The notes under the pieces were generated by a model. The model was not told the origin of the DNA, did no database searches, and saw nothing but the letters and a program-made list of their open reading frames with translations. A stretch of 64,000 nucleotides of DNA, taken from Lama glama (Eukaryota). A program made the translations under genes and the position numbers. Of the stretch, positions 26,088 through 37,879 are shown piece by piece. Where the stretch lies: positions 23,934,001-23,998,000 of the forward strand of contig CM052818.1 of the NCBI GenBank assembly GCA_028534125.1, in the 5' to 3' direction. Every line of letters starts with the position of its first letter. Within the stretch, counting starts at the first letter, position 1.

Positions 26088-29000
26088 CAGACAGAAACAA
26101 ACTACTGAAAATACTATATATATATATATTTATAATACTCAGACTAAACACCATCACATATTCTCTCTCCTTTTAAACTTTAAAGTATCCATTTCTCATG
26201 ACAAAAGAAGGAACACTAGGCTTTTACCCACCTCGTGCTTTCTTTATGCCAAATGATGGATGAGTTTAGGAATCATGATATCTATGTCCTTTAAACTGCT
26301 CACAGTACTTTCTCTGAAGGACACCTAATAAATTTTAATTCAAGTATTTATATATTTAGCCAACATTGATCCAGCACTAGGCAATGAGAAGGCAATGGTG
26401 GTAAATTACCAACAAGACAGATTGGGTGCTGCTAATGTGTACTCACCATAAACAAGATAACCTGATCAAACAAGATCTTCAACTTTGACTTGACAACTCA
26501 TTTCATTCCCCTACCTCTCCTGTACTGCTTGAGTGATACCCTAAAAAAGACAATGTCCCTAATTTGACTGCCAGATTATGATTGATTTGGGAAAAGAATA
26601 CCTATGAAATGAACATAAGTGTTGGTGATGCTGTAATTCTCAACATGAGGCATCAGAGAGATAGGTAATCAACATTCCGTGAAACCATAAGGACAATGGG
26701 TAACATCCAGAAACGGCACAGGCAAATTACTTCATTCTCTCTGTGCATGTGAGGAACATGATTATGTCGTACATGGTTTTGGTAATACACAGAGTTTACA
26801 AACAGCTTCGACCTACAAAAGCTTAAAAAAACAAACATTTCTTAATCCCCAAAAGAAAGAGCAGAGCTAAATTTAGGAAAATAATATTCTTTAGACACTA
26901 ATTTATTAAAGAGACCATTTGTGCCTCCAGATCAGTACTTTGTGGGTCTATAGATATCAGTAAAATAATTTCTGTGAAAAGTCAAGGACTTTACTAGCAT
27001 TTAAATTTCCTAGATAACTAAAACTGTTATATGCTTTAAAAGACAAACACAAAAAAGCCATTGTTAAGAACTATTATTTTCTATAGCTACAAATCCATTT
27101 TTTTCCCCAGGACTCAAGCCTTTGTGATTTTCCCACTCTAAAGTGGGTCATGAAATAATTTGATGAATTAGATGCAATTTATGCATCATATGATGAAATT
27201 TTTATGTTTGTCAGCTCAGAGGAATTTTCTGATGTAGAAAGATAAAATAAAAATTTTACATTTTGAACTGTCCTTTGGGGAAAAATGATATGCCTAAGGG
27301 CTGTACCCACAGAGAAATTATGAATTCCCAGAATATTGGTACAAGACATATGCCTCCATCTTCATTCCTTTTCCACCCCCAGCAATAACAAAAACAAAAG
27401 AACAATGAAAATATTGCAGAAAACCACTTTCAGAGGCATGATTTAGCCAGTTCAAGTGCAATAAGTATCATCCTATGGCACTGTGGTCATCCTTAGAAAA
27501 ATGATTTTATAATATCAATTTCATAGCCATGCATCCACTCTGTATAGCACTGCCTGGGACACATAGCTAGCTTTCAGTGCCAGCCTGTCAGTTAAAAACC
27601 TTGATATTGTGCCAAATATGTGCAGAGCACCATGGTTTTCACAGTGGGAACTCAAGAAAATTTTTGTATGTGTGTGAATGTCTTTCTATAGAATACAGAA
27701 ATTTCTGGAAATGCTAATGGATAGGACAGAAAAGATAAGTGGAAGAAGAGAAAGATTTTCTAGGAGAAAATGGGTGACCTAGGATAATTTTTAAAATAGA
27801 ATACAAAATTGGTCCTAACTATCCTAGGAGATGTCTATTTGATCCATGAGAATAATTTGTACATTATCAGCAATGCATATAGGTTTCAAGTGGTTTTTGG
27901 AAAGAATCCAGGCTTTTGTTTCATAACACGGTGCATTTATGTGTGTGTATATGTACATATGTATGCACACAGCCCATACAAACCAGTGCAGAAATGCAGA
28001 GGTCGACTGAAATGGCAACCTGGAAGCTTCTCAGATGGACAAATAAAACTGGATCTCTTCTGAAAAGGAAAGCACAAGTCTATTCTGCATGGTTTATGTC
28101 CTTGTAAAGCTAAAAATCCTCTCTGGATCCCTAAACTCAATTTCAAAGGACTGTCTCTGCTTTGTTCTGGCACATTATGCTTATCACAGAATTATGTTTT
28201 CTTCAAAGTTATTACTTGAGAGAAGAACAGCTGCCAAATATATAAAAAAATTAACTTCCGAATATCTCATTTTTCTTCACAGATCAAGTAAACTTTAAAA
28301 AAAAATTTGAATTGAAGTTTTGGATGGCATTCAATGTTCTCTTCAAATTTTAAGAGTCCTGGATATCTTGCCAAGCATACAAATCAACTTGTATTGGAAC
28401 TGTAACACTTTAATAAGAAATCTCAGAGATCGCCTCCCCCCTCCCCACGGGGCAGAACTCTCCTTTATTGGAGCCATCTTTTACCAAGCTGCCAACTTCT
28501 TCTTTTGCTAAATGCTCATAAAGCTCTGTCTTCTCATTGACTCTCTTCTTGAGACAACTTTTCGTTCCTCAAGGGTCAATTCTCTGAATCAGGTAATTTT
28601 TTTTTTTTCTTTTTGCCACCTATGCATCCTACACCCTCTACCTAATGTCACTTGAGAATCATCTTTACCTCTTGGTGACATTGCCATTTCCATCACTAGG
28701 ACAAGGACTCTAGATGTGAAGGTCCTTTCCTTAGTTCAAACAGCAAAGCAATGTTATTAAATTGGAGTAACAGCTAACCACAGAGAACTTCGCTTCAGTT
28801 CAAACACCTTTTTTTTTTTTTTTTTAATTTTGTCTGCCCTTCCTCTCTAAGAAGACTGTTAGTGTCTGTAAGTAGTGATGACAGGTCTGGAGAAGATGAA
28901 TTTCATAATATTGTGGAAAAGAACAATAATGAAAGGAACATTTCCATCCAAATTTTTACTGACTTCCAGAGAATACATGAAATTAAATGAGTTATTTAAA

Positions 29001-30879
29001 TAAAGCACACTAGGTCTATGGTTCCAGCTCATTAGTTAAAAAAAAAAAACCTTTATAAAGTATATAAAGTAATATTTTTCCTATTTAAGACAGGAGTAAT
29101 GTTTCTTCGAAAGAAATATTAAGTAGAGGATCAATGTAAAGTGTCTTAACTTTTCTAGTCAAAAAATACACAGAGGAAAGTGGGGGCCACCCCTTCCACT
29201 CAAAAGTCCTTTATTCTTCCTCAAAGGCAGCCATAAAGGAATATATTAAAATCAGTTGGGGACTTTCAAAGCACAACTTAAAAGCAATAGTACCAAGAGA
29301 CACCCAACTCTGAAAGGCAATGTTTATGATTTGGGAAAACATCCTCATGGTAAATTCTTATCTGGTAATTTATTAAAATTACCAGTTAAATATCTATACT
29401 TCAAAAGAAGAAATACTTGAATGAAAAAAAATGGAAATATATTCAGGTTTGCCTATCAGATTATATGTTAATATTTTAAAGACAGGGTGCAAAACTAAAG
29501 TAGCTCATTCCCACAATGAACTATATTTTGTTTACGTAGCATGGTAAAATGTACTTAGATTCCAAGAACTATCACTTCAACCATGGTTCTCAAAGGACAA
29601 ATGTATAAGGACACCAAATACCAAGCAACAGAGTCTCCTTTGGAAAGAAGTTTTGCAGCTGGTTTCATTTTGGCACAAACAGAAGTTAAGGTCATCACTC
29701 TTACTAATGTCTTTCCTGGAAATCACTGGGGGCATAAAAGATAGTACTACTTCTATAATTCAAATAGCATTACTTAGTTTTTTTCCCCTTTCTTTAGAAA
29801 AGATTTGATTTTAAGTAAAAATTTCATTCATTTAAGGTAGCTTCTTTTTCTCCGATAGGAAAATGTTGTATCTTTACTAGGGTTCTTTAGAAAATAACAG
29901 ATTTCTTTTCTGCCATTTGCTTTTGTGTGTTTGTTCTTTCCTAAAGATCTGTTTTACTGCATGAGACTTTCAATGGATCCATGTTGATTTTTGAATAAAA
30001 CCAAGAAAGTCCAACTTTATTTCATGCAATTTATAAACAAAAATACCTTTGATATAGTCAGATTCTCCATCATTTTTGTTGTAGGGGATACATCTCCCTT
30101 CACAGTTTCATGGGTACACACATGGGCCCACTGTAACGTTTTATTTGCAGCTCCTTATGGGGTTACTAACTCAAATGTCTGCCCACATTTTAGAAGCCAT
30201 TTCAAAATCATGTCCTTATTAAACTTTCTCAGTCCATAGTTACTCACCCTGTTTTGAACCTGTGTAATACTTATTTGCTAGCTCTCCTATGATGCATGTT
30301 ACATGGGGAAAGAGATTCATGTCCTTCCTTAAACACGTTAAAAGATGCTGTTGATTAAGAAGGTTTAATAAAACAAATTTTCTATTTCTGCAAAAAAATC
30401 CTGGCTAAGAGCATCCATGGAAATGATAAAGAAAGATGACTTCATTTTAGTTTTAAGTAAGATTCAATTAATTACCAGTTTATTAATTTTTGGAAAGGGA
30501 AGAAATTTCAAAGAATATAGTCTACCCTTTGAGATAACATTAAAATGGCTGTGAAAATGGAGTAACTAGACAATGCGCATTTCTCATCATTTTAAATGAG
30601 AATTTTGTTTACTTAGTGTTAATTTTAATGGTTGGTAGTTACGAATTACAGGCAAAGGTATCTTATATGCTAGAGAGGTTTTGGATTAACCATCACTTGC
30701 CTTTCTTTGGTCTCCACGGACAACACATTAAGGAAATGAAAATCAAATGGACAGGAAATTTTAGCACAACTTCAATATAACTTCAATATACAATAAAATG
30801 TAAATTCAACAGGGCCTTAAATACAAAACAAGATGATACAATACAATTATAAGGTAAATATTATAAAATTGAAATAGTT

Positions 30880-33163
30880 ACCTAAATATCATTCAAAGCA
30901 TATAGCAAGAAAAAATGAAAGAGAACAGAAAAGCAATATAAAAGATCTATGAAGCCAAGAGTTTTGTTTTAATGATAAAGAAAATTGACAAGCTAAATTA
31001 AATTATAAAAAAGGGAGAAAACGCAAATAAAATTAGAAATAAGAGAGGAGATGTTGCAGTTGATACCACAGATATACCAAGGATCCTAAAAGACCACCAT
31101 GAACAATTACAGGCATACCGTGTTTTATTGTGCTTTGCTTTCTTGTACTTCAGATATTGTGCTTTTTGCAGATTGAAGCTCTGTGGCAACCCCATGGCAA
31201 GCAAATCTATCAGCACCGTTTTTTCCAACAGCATTTGCTCATTTCATGTCTCTTTGTCACATTTTGATAATTCTCATAGTATTTCTTTTTTTTTTATTAT
31301 TTTTATATTTGCTATGGTGATCTGTGATCAGTGATCTTTGATGTTACTATTGCAAAGAGATTATAACTCACTGAAGGCTCAGATGATGGTTGGCATTTTT
31401 TAGAAGTAAACTATTTTTAATTAAGGTATATACAGTGGTTTTTTTAGAAATGATGCTATTGCTCACAACAGACTACAGAAGAGTGTAAACATAACTTGTA
31501 AATGCACTAGGAAACACAAAAGTTCATGTGCCTTGCTTTATTGTGATATTTGGTTTACTGCAGAGGTATGGAACTGAACCCGTAACACCTCCAGTGTATG
31601 CCTATACATGAAAGCAAACTGGATAACCCAGAAAAATAGACAAATTCCTAGAAACATACAATCTGTCAAGACTGAATCATGATGAAATATAAATTCTGAA
31701 AAGATCAGTAATGGGTATAGAGACAGAATCAGCAACCCCCTCAGAGGAAAACCTGAAGACCAGCCAGATGGTTTCACTGCTAAATTCTTTCTATCAAACA
31801 TTTAAAGAAGAACTAATACCAATCCTCTCAAGCTCTACCAAAAAACTGAAAACTTCCAAACTCAAGCATTACCCTGATACCAAAACCAGACAAGGACACT
31901 GCAAGAAAAGAAAATTACAGGCCAATATACCTAATGAATGTAGATGCAAAAATCCTCAACAAAATACTAGCAAACAGGATTCAACAGCACATTAGAAGGA
32001 TCAAACACCAAAAACAAGTGGGATTTACCCCTGATATGAGCACAAATTATCCTAACAGAATGAAGGACACAAATCATATGACCAACTCAATAGATGCCCA
32101 AAAAAAAAACCCCAAACTTTTGACAAAATTCAACACCCTTTCATGATTTAAAAAAAAAAAAATGTCAACATATTAGGCATAAAGGGTAATAAAAGTCCAC
32201 ATATGATAAACCTATTGCTAACATTATGGTCAATGGTGAAAAGCCAAAAAGCTTTTCCTCTAAGATTAGGAAAAAGACAAAGATTCCCACTCCCACTACT
32301 TCTGTTCAATATAGTACTGGGTTTTCTAGCCAGAGCAATTAGGCAAGAAAAAGAAATAAAAGGCATCCAAATCAGAGAGGAAGAATTTAAATTGTCTCTG
32401 TTTGCAGATGACATGATCTTATATATAGAAACCCTAAGTACACCACAAAAAAAAAAAAAAGAAAACACCAAAACTGTTAGACCTAATAAACAAATTGGAG
32501 TTTCAAGATACATCAGCATACCAAACAAAGAACCATCCAAAAACGAAATTAAGAAAACAATCCCATTTACAATAGCATCAAAAAGGACAAATTCTTAGGA
32601 ATAATTTTAGCTAATATTGCTAGTGAAAGATCTGCACACTGAAAACTATAAAATGCTGATGAAAGGAAAATGAAGAAAAGACAAATAAATAGAGACTTTG
32701 TGTTCAAAGACTGGAAGAATGAATATTGTTCAGATGTCCATACTATCCAAAGAAATCTGCAGATTCAATGTGATCCCTAACAAAATTACAATGGCATTTT
32801 CACAGAAATATAAAAAAGAATCCTAAAATTCATGTGGAATCACCAAAGTCTCTAAATTGTTGAAGTAATCTTGGAAAAGAAGAACAAACCTGGAGGCATC
32901 ACTTTCTGATTTCAAATCATATGACAAAGCAAGAGTACTCAAATGAGTATGGTATTGGCATAAAAATAGACACACAGACCAACGGAGCAGAATAGATAGC
33001 AAAGAAATAAACCCACACATGTATGATCAGTAATATTCAGCAAAATTGCCAAGACTGCACAATGGGGAAAGAACAGTCTCTTCAATAAATGATGTTCAGA
33101 AAACTGGATCCTCACATGCAAAAGAATGAGATTGGACTTGTATCTCATACCATACACAAAAAT
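30880..33163 (+). mobile_element. L1 ORF2 fragment (decayed reverse transcriptase), interrupted by a Tigger1-derived MITE
   Basis: ORFs [20 protein letters not shown] and KAFPLRLGKRQRFPL...LFNIVL...IRQEKEIKGIQI...KLSLFADDMILYIE (RT FADD motif); multiple stops and frameshifts. Confidence 0.95.
31110..31604 (+). mobile_element. Tigger1a-like non-autonomous MITE (internally deleted Tigger1), full length
   Basis: TA|CAGGCATACC...GTATGCCTA|TA: terminal inverted repeats and TA TSD; 495 bp; right end homologous in reverse to 14501-14760. Confidence 0.9.
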
Positions 33164-33169
33164 GGTCAT

Positions 33170-34340
33170 TTATGCAATTACTAAATGAATCTACAGAGCA
33201 TATGTTTTTTAATATTATAAATACTAACCAGTGGGAAAATAGAATGAATTAATTGCTCTCTCTTACAATTGTAACATAAAACACAAAAATACCTAGATCT
33301 TCCCAAGAAATGAATAGCACTTATAAAAACTCTATAAAACTTTACAGGGGGTCATTTAAACTAATTTAAGGAAGGCAACAACTGTAAACATATTATCCAT
33401 AAGGAAATCTATAAATGTGATGACATCTCAATTAAATATTATTCTGGGAAATGCTATTTATTTATTTTGTCTATCTGCAAAATACTTTTATTTTACTTTA
33501 TTTTTTTTTTACATTTTTTATTGATTCATAATCATTTTACAGTGTTGTGTCAAATTCCAGTGTTCAGCACAATTTTTCAGTCATTCATGGACATATACAC
33601 ACTCATTGTCACATTTTTTTCTCTGTGATTTATCATAACATTTTGTGTATATTTCCCTGTGCTATACAGTGTAATCGTGTTTATCTATTCTACAATTTTG
33701 AAACCCCAGTCTATCCCTTCCCACCCTCTACCCCGCCCCCCACCCCGGTAACCACAAGTCTGTATTCTCTGTCCATGAGTCTATTTCTGTCCTGTATTTA
33801 TGCTTTGTTTTTGTTTGTTTGTTTGTTTTTGTTTTTTAGATTCCAATGCCATTTGCAGCAACATGGATGCTCCTAGAGAATGTCATTCTAAGTGAAGTAA
33901 GCCAGAAAGAGAAAAAAAAATACCGTATGAGATCGCTCATATGTGGAATCTAAAAAAAAAAACAAAAACAAAAAAGCAAAATACTTTTAAAATGTATATG
34001 GAAATATGTTACAATAGCCAGGAAATTCTGCAAAGAGGAATAGTGAGGGAGAAACGGCCTTGTCAATTTAAATACAGTATAAATTCCTATAATTAAAACA
34101 ACAGAATATTGAAGAAGGAATATACCATATGATAACTGGAAGAATTTAGATCTAAATATAGACAATCATTTAATGCTTAAAAATTGGCTTTTTAACTCAC
34201 TCGGGAAACTGGTTTATTTTCTAACAGTTAATGAAAAAAAATGGCTTGCTTTTTTGGGAGATGAGGGGAGGAAAAAAAGCAGTAGATTCATAATTCACTA
34301 ACTTTTCTGAAAAATAATCCAGATAGATCAGATGTATAAA
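33170..34340 (+). mobile_element. Very old L1M ORF2 relic, split by a young L1 insertion
   Basis: Degenerate ORF2-like DNA (AAAATACCTAG, AAAATGTATATGGAAA...CAATAGCCAGGAAATTCTG) continuous across 33477-33989. Confidence 0.55.
33491..33975 (-). mobile_element. Young camelid-type L1 3' end with 5' inversion (twin priming)
   Basis: T-rich tail at 33491-33510; antisense 3'UTR to ~33845; sense-oriented segment 33846-33975; TSD GCAAAATACTTTTA at 33477-33490 and 33976-33989. Confidence 0.9.
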
Positions 34341-37023
34341 TATAACTGAACAATGTGTGTTCAGAGTGATTGATTGACTTCTACCTACGTTGTGCAGATT
34401 TGCAGGAACTCTGGAAAGGTATTAGTAGCATGAAGACAATGAGATATGGGGCCTGCAAATGCTGCCCATAAACTATCCTGCAAATCAGGAAGTTCCACGA
34501 GCATATCTGCACAATTTAAATTGTACTCCAAGAGTTGGGGGAATTTGTTGATCGGCACTGGAGGAAGAACCTGGTCACCTATTGCTGGAAAGGTACCAGC
34601 ATGAAAAAGTGTTGCTAAAGCCTACAGAAAGTCTCAGATACTGGGAGAAGAGTTGGTAGGAGGAAGTGATAGCAGAAGCATAGGACTTAAGATTCAAACT
34701 AAAAACGTCAACTCTCACATGACCTAATTTACACTTTAGGACTACAGGACACAGTTTTCTTCTTTTAATTCACTGAGATTTCCTGGGTCAAATTCAATTT
34801 TTTGTCACGGTGTTTTTATACAAATAAGGCAAACAATTGCATTTCCATTTTGGGAAAAAAAACTCACTCATTCTTCTTACTCCCACAATCATTTTTAATG
34901 CATCTCTCAGTCTCAAAAGTTGGATTTACCTCCTTCTTTGATGCTATTGCAGTAAAAATATTTCCCATTGTCCCTGTCCGCTACTTCAACACATTTCTCT
35001 CTGTTTTTTGCCTTTAATCCTTTCTTTTAGTCCTAGAAGATGGGTTCACCCTTAAGTGACCTCTGCCAGCTGTTGCCATTCTCTCTCCACTGGCTTTGTC
35101 CTTAAGTCACTACAATCTGGCTTCCCTCCCCAGCAGTTTTCTATTCAAAAGGCCTAATTATTAAAGCCAAAAGTATCTTGAAAAACAATTCCTCAACCTT
35201 TCTACTATGCCTTATGGTCACATTCTTCATAGCTACTTACAGGACATGAATCATCTGTTTCTACCCAACCTAACTTTCTCTACAACTCTCCCATCAGTGA
35301 CAGCAACCCCCAACCAATTTAAACAAGTCTCTAAATTGTCAGTACTCATGTCTAAAATAGTCTTCCAAATTTCATATTTAAAGGAGGGAACTAACCTTTT
35401 ATGAAAAATAGGGCCAAGATAAAACTAAATGTGGGCAGGAAAAAGGCAAATAAAGAAAACTTGCTAGTTGAATTCTGACCCACTGCATAAGCTTCTACTG
35501 CGCTGCATGGGCACATTAATTTTTCCAGTGTCTTTAAACCGAGTCTACCATTCAAGATGATTTTTGTAGAGCTTTGCAGTCTTGTAGCCTTCAATAAGAG
35601 AACATTTTTTAAAATTTTCAAAGTATCAAAAGTTGTAATAAATATTGACGAAAATTTTCAAAGTGCACATGTCCTGCACCACAAACTTCTGGAGATTTTA
35701 ATAATTCCCCATCCTCATGGCAAAGTGAGTATGTCAGTCCCCAAAAAGGGAAAGGCCAATTTACAAGTGACACACTAAAGCTGAAATCTATAAATTCTCT
35801 ACAAATGTGGACTGGGCCAAGGAAGACCTGAGACGCAAAGCTCAACACTGACAGTTTTCAAATCGCATTATTAATGGGCTCTCCCAGTAAATTTCAGAAA
35901 ACCTACTAAACTCTTATTAATATGTGTATAATTGGGAGAATTATTCTGAAAAACCCAAAGCATATGATCAGCATATGCATAGACCTCATGGGCATCCAAA
36001 AAGGGTATCACCAACCTATAGGACTTGAATCAATTAGAATCAACATGGGAATGTAAAAGGTGGTTTAGAGAGTACTATAGGAGGCAACATTTGTGAGGTG
36101 CTTAGCATAGTGCCTTTATAGAAAATAAAAATGGAGCCACCTCCTTTGATGTGTACAACTCTTATGTCATTTAATTTCCTACATAATTATGTAAGGTTGT
36201 CTCTTTTGTCTGCAATGATAAGCAAGTAAGTAGAATGAGAACGATGGAAAGAAAGCAAAAGCTATGCAGCAGTGAGTCATAATTTGGGAGAAAGATGAGA
36301 TCAAATGGCCCAGAAGGACAGGTAGCTCTAAGGGACAGGCGGGATGTGGGACAGAGCCCTCCTCGGGTTCTTCCTCCACACTATGTTTTGATTCACTTAC
36401 AAATTCATTGTAAGGGGCAAGTAAGAAAATCTTCCCTTGTGGGAAAAAGTTTAAATGGAAACAGTTTGACAGACATGAAATAAAACTCCCGAAGAAAATT
36501 ATTTGGATAACTGGGGACTAAGATCTTCTAGAACTATGTTCTTATACATTTTCCACCTCCATAATCCCATACTTAAAGAATCCTATTAGTCACTATACCC
36601 ATACTTTGAAAAATGTCATACTGTGTGGGAAGTGTTAGTTTCTTCTAATGAAATATTCTCTTTGCTTGAGTGGTCATTAACAGAAAGAGGCACACTACTT
36701 ATTGATTTTTACTTGCATAGTAATTGAGAAGGAGGAAATTCAACTTTTTCAGTTTTTTTTAATGAGGAGTGCGCTTCTTAGTAGTTTAACAGTGAAACTG
36801 ATGGCTACTCTGTAGTAATGAAATAGGATATAGTCTTTTCTTTTTTTCGAGTTATACCTTGATGACTATTTATTCAGGGAAGCAAATAACTTCTTTAAAA
36901 GCACTTTAAAAACTGAGACATCCTGGGAGTTAACTCAGTCGCCTTGTTCTTTCTATCCTATATTCCTCTATCAAATTGCCCTTGCTTTTATTACTGCAGT
37001 AGGGGGAGCATAACAGTACAAGG

Positions 37024-37031
37024 TGACGTCA
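37024..37031. promoter_or_regulatory. Perfect CRE palindrome (CREB/ATF site), function unverified
   Basis: TGACGTCA in non-repetitive-looking DNA. Confidence 0.3.
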
Positions 37032-37879
37032 GTAATGTCACTAGCTGGTCATCCAGACAATTCTTTGTGGCAACACCTTGGTGATGCATCAATTCTGCAG
37101 CTAGCCTTCTGTTTCATGGGCTTGTAGCATTTCTCAGTATTCCTAAGATAATTAAAGTCAGGGAGATAGACTTACATTAACCAAAATCTCAAGAGAACAA
37201 AATGTACATGTACTGATTTCCATGAAAAAATATAATCATCAAGCAGAATGGAATGTTCAAATTAGCCTTATCTTTTTATTCACTCTCAGATGGCTGCATC
37301 TGAAATAACCACAAAGTTGTTTTTAATTAAAGTAGGGCGATGGACTGAGATATTTTCAATGGATTTTGACATAAGGCTTTAATAGCATCCATCTGGACAG
37401 TGAGTATGAACACTCAGCAGACCATAAGCTGATGACCATTGTCCAGAGGACCCCACTGTTAAACACTAAGGAATAAAGTGTCAGCTTCTCCTTCTGACTC
37501 CAACATTTCTGTATTTCTAATCAACCATCTACCTTAGGTAAATATCTTTTTCCTTTTAATTTATTAATAACGTAATCTTAGTTTACACTTAAACATGCTT
37601 AATGTAGTCATTTGGATAGAAACTACACCCTCATCTTTTGATTAGGCCCACCTATTTCCAAGAGAAAATAACTCAGGTGGGTGTTTTTCCATATGGCAGA
37701 TTTCATCCATTTACATATTGATTTTCTTCAATCTATTCTCAAAAGTTTAACAAATTTCTAAGTTCTGATGAAAATTTCTGCCCTTCTATTACTCTTTAGA
37801 ATGTGATAGAAAGCACTTTATAGATATAGATAGAAAAGTCAGTCCTTTTCTCTATACCTCTCTTGTAGTGCATACTACC

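Noticed and set aside
32203..32598. 131-aa ORF with RT motif FADD as a functional or novel reverse transcriptase
   Set aside because: Fragment of a frameshifted, stop-ridden L1 ORF2 that is also interrupted by a MITE
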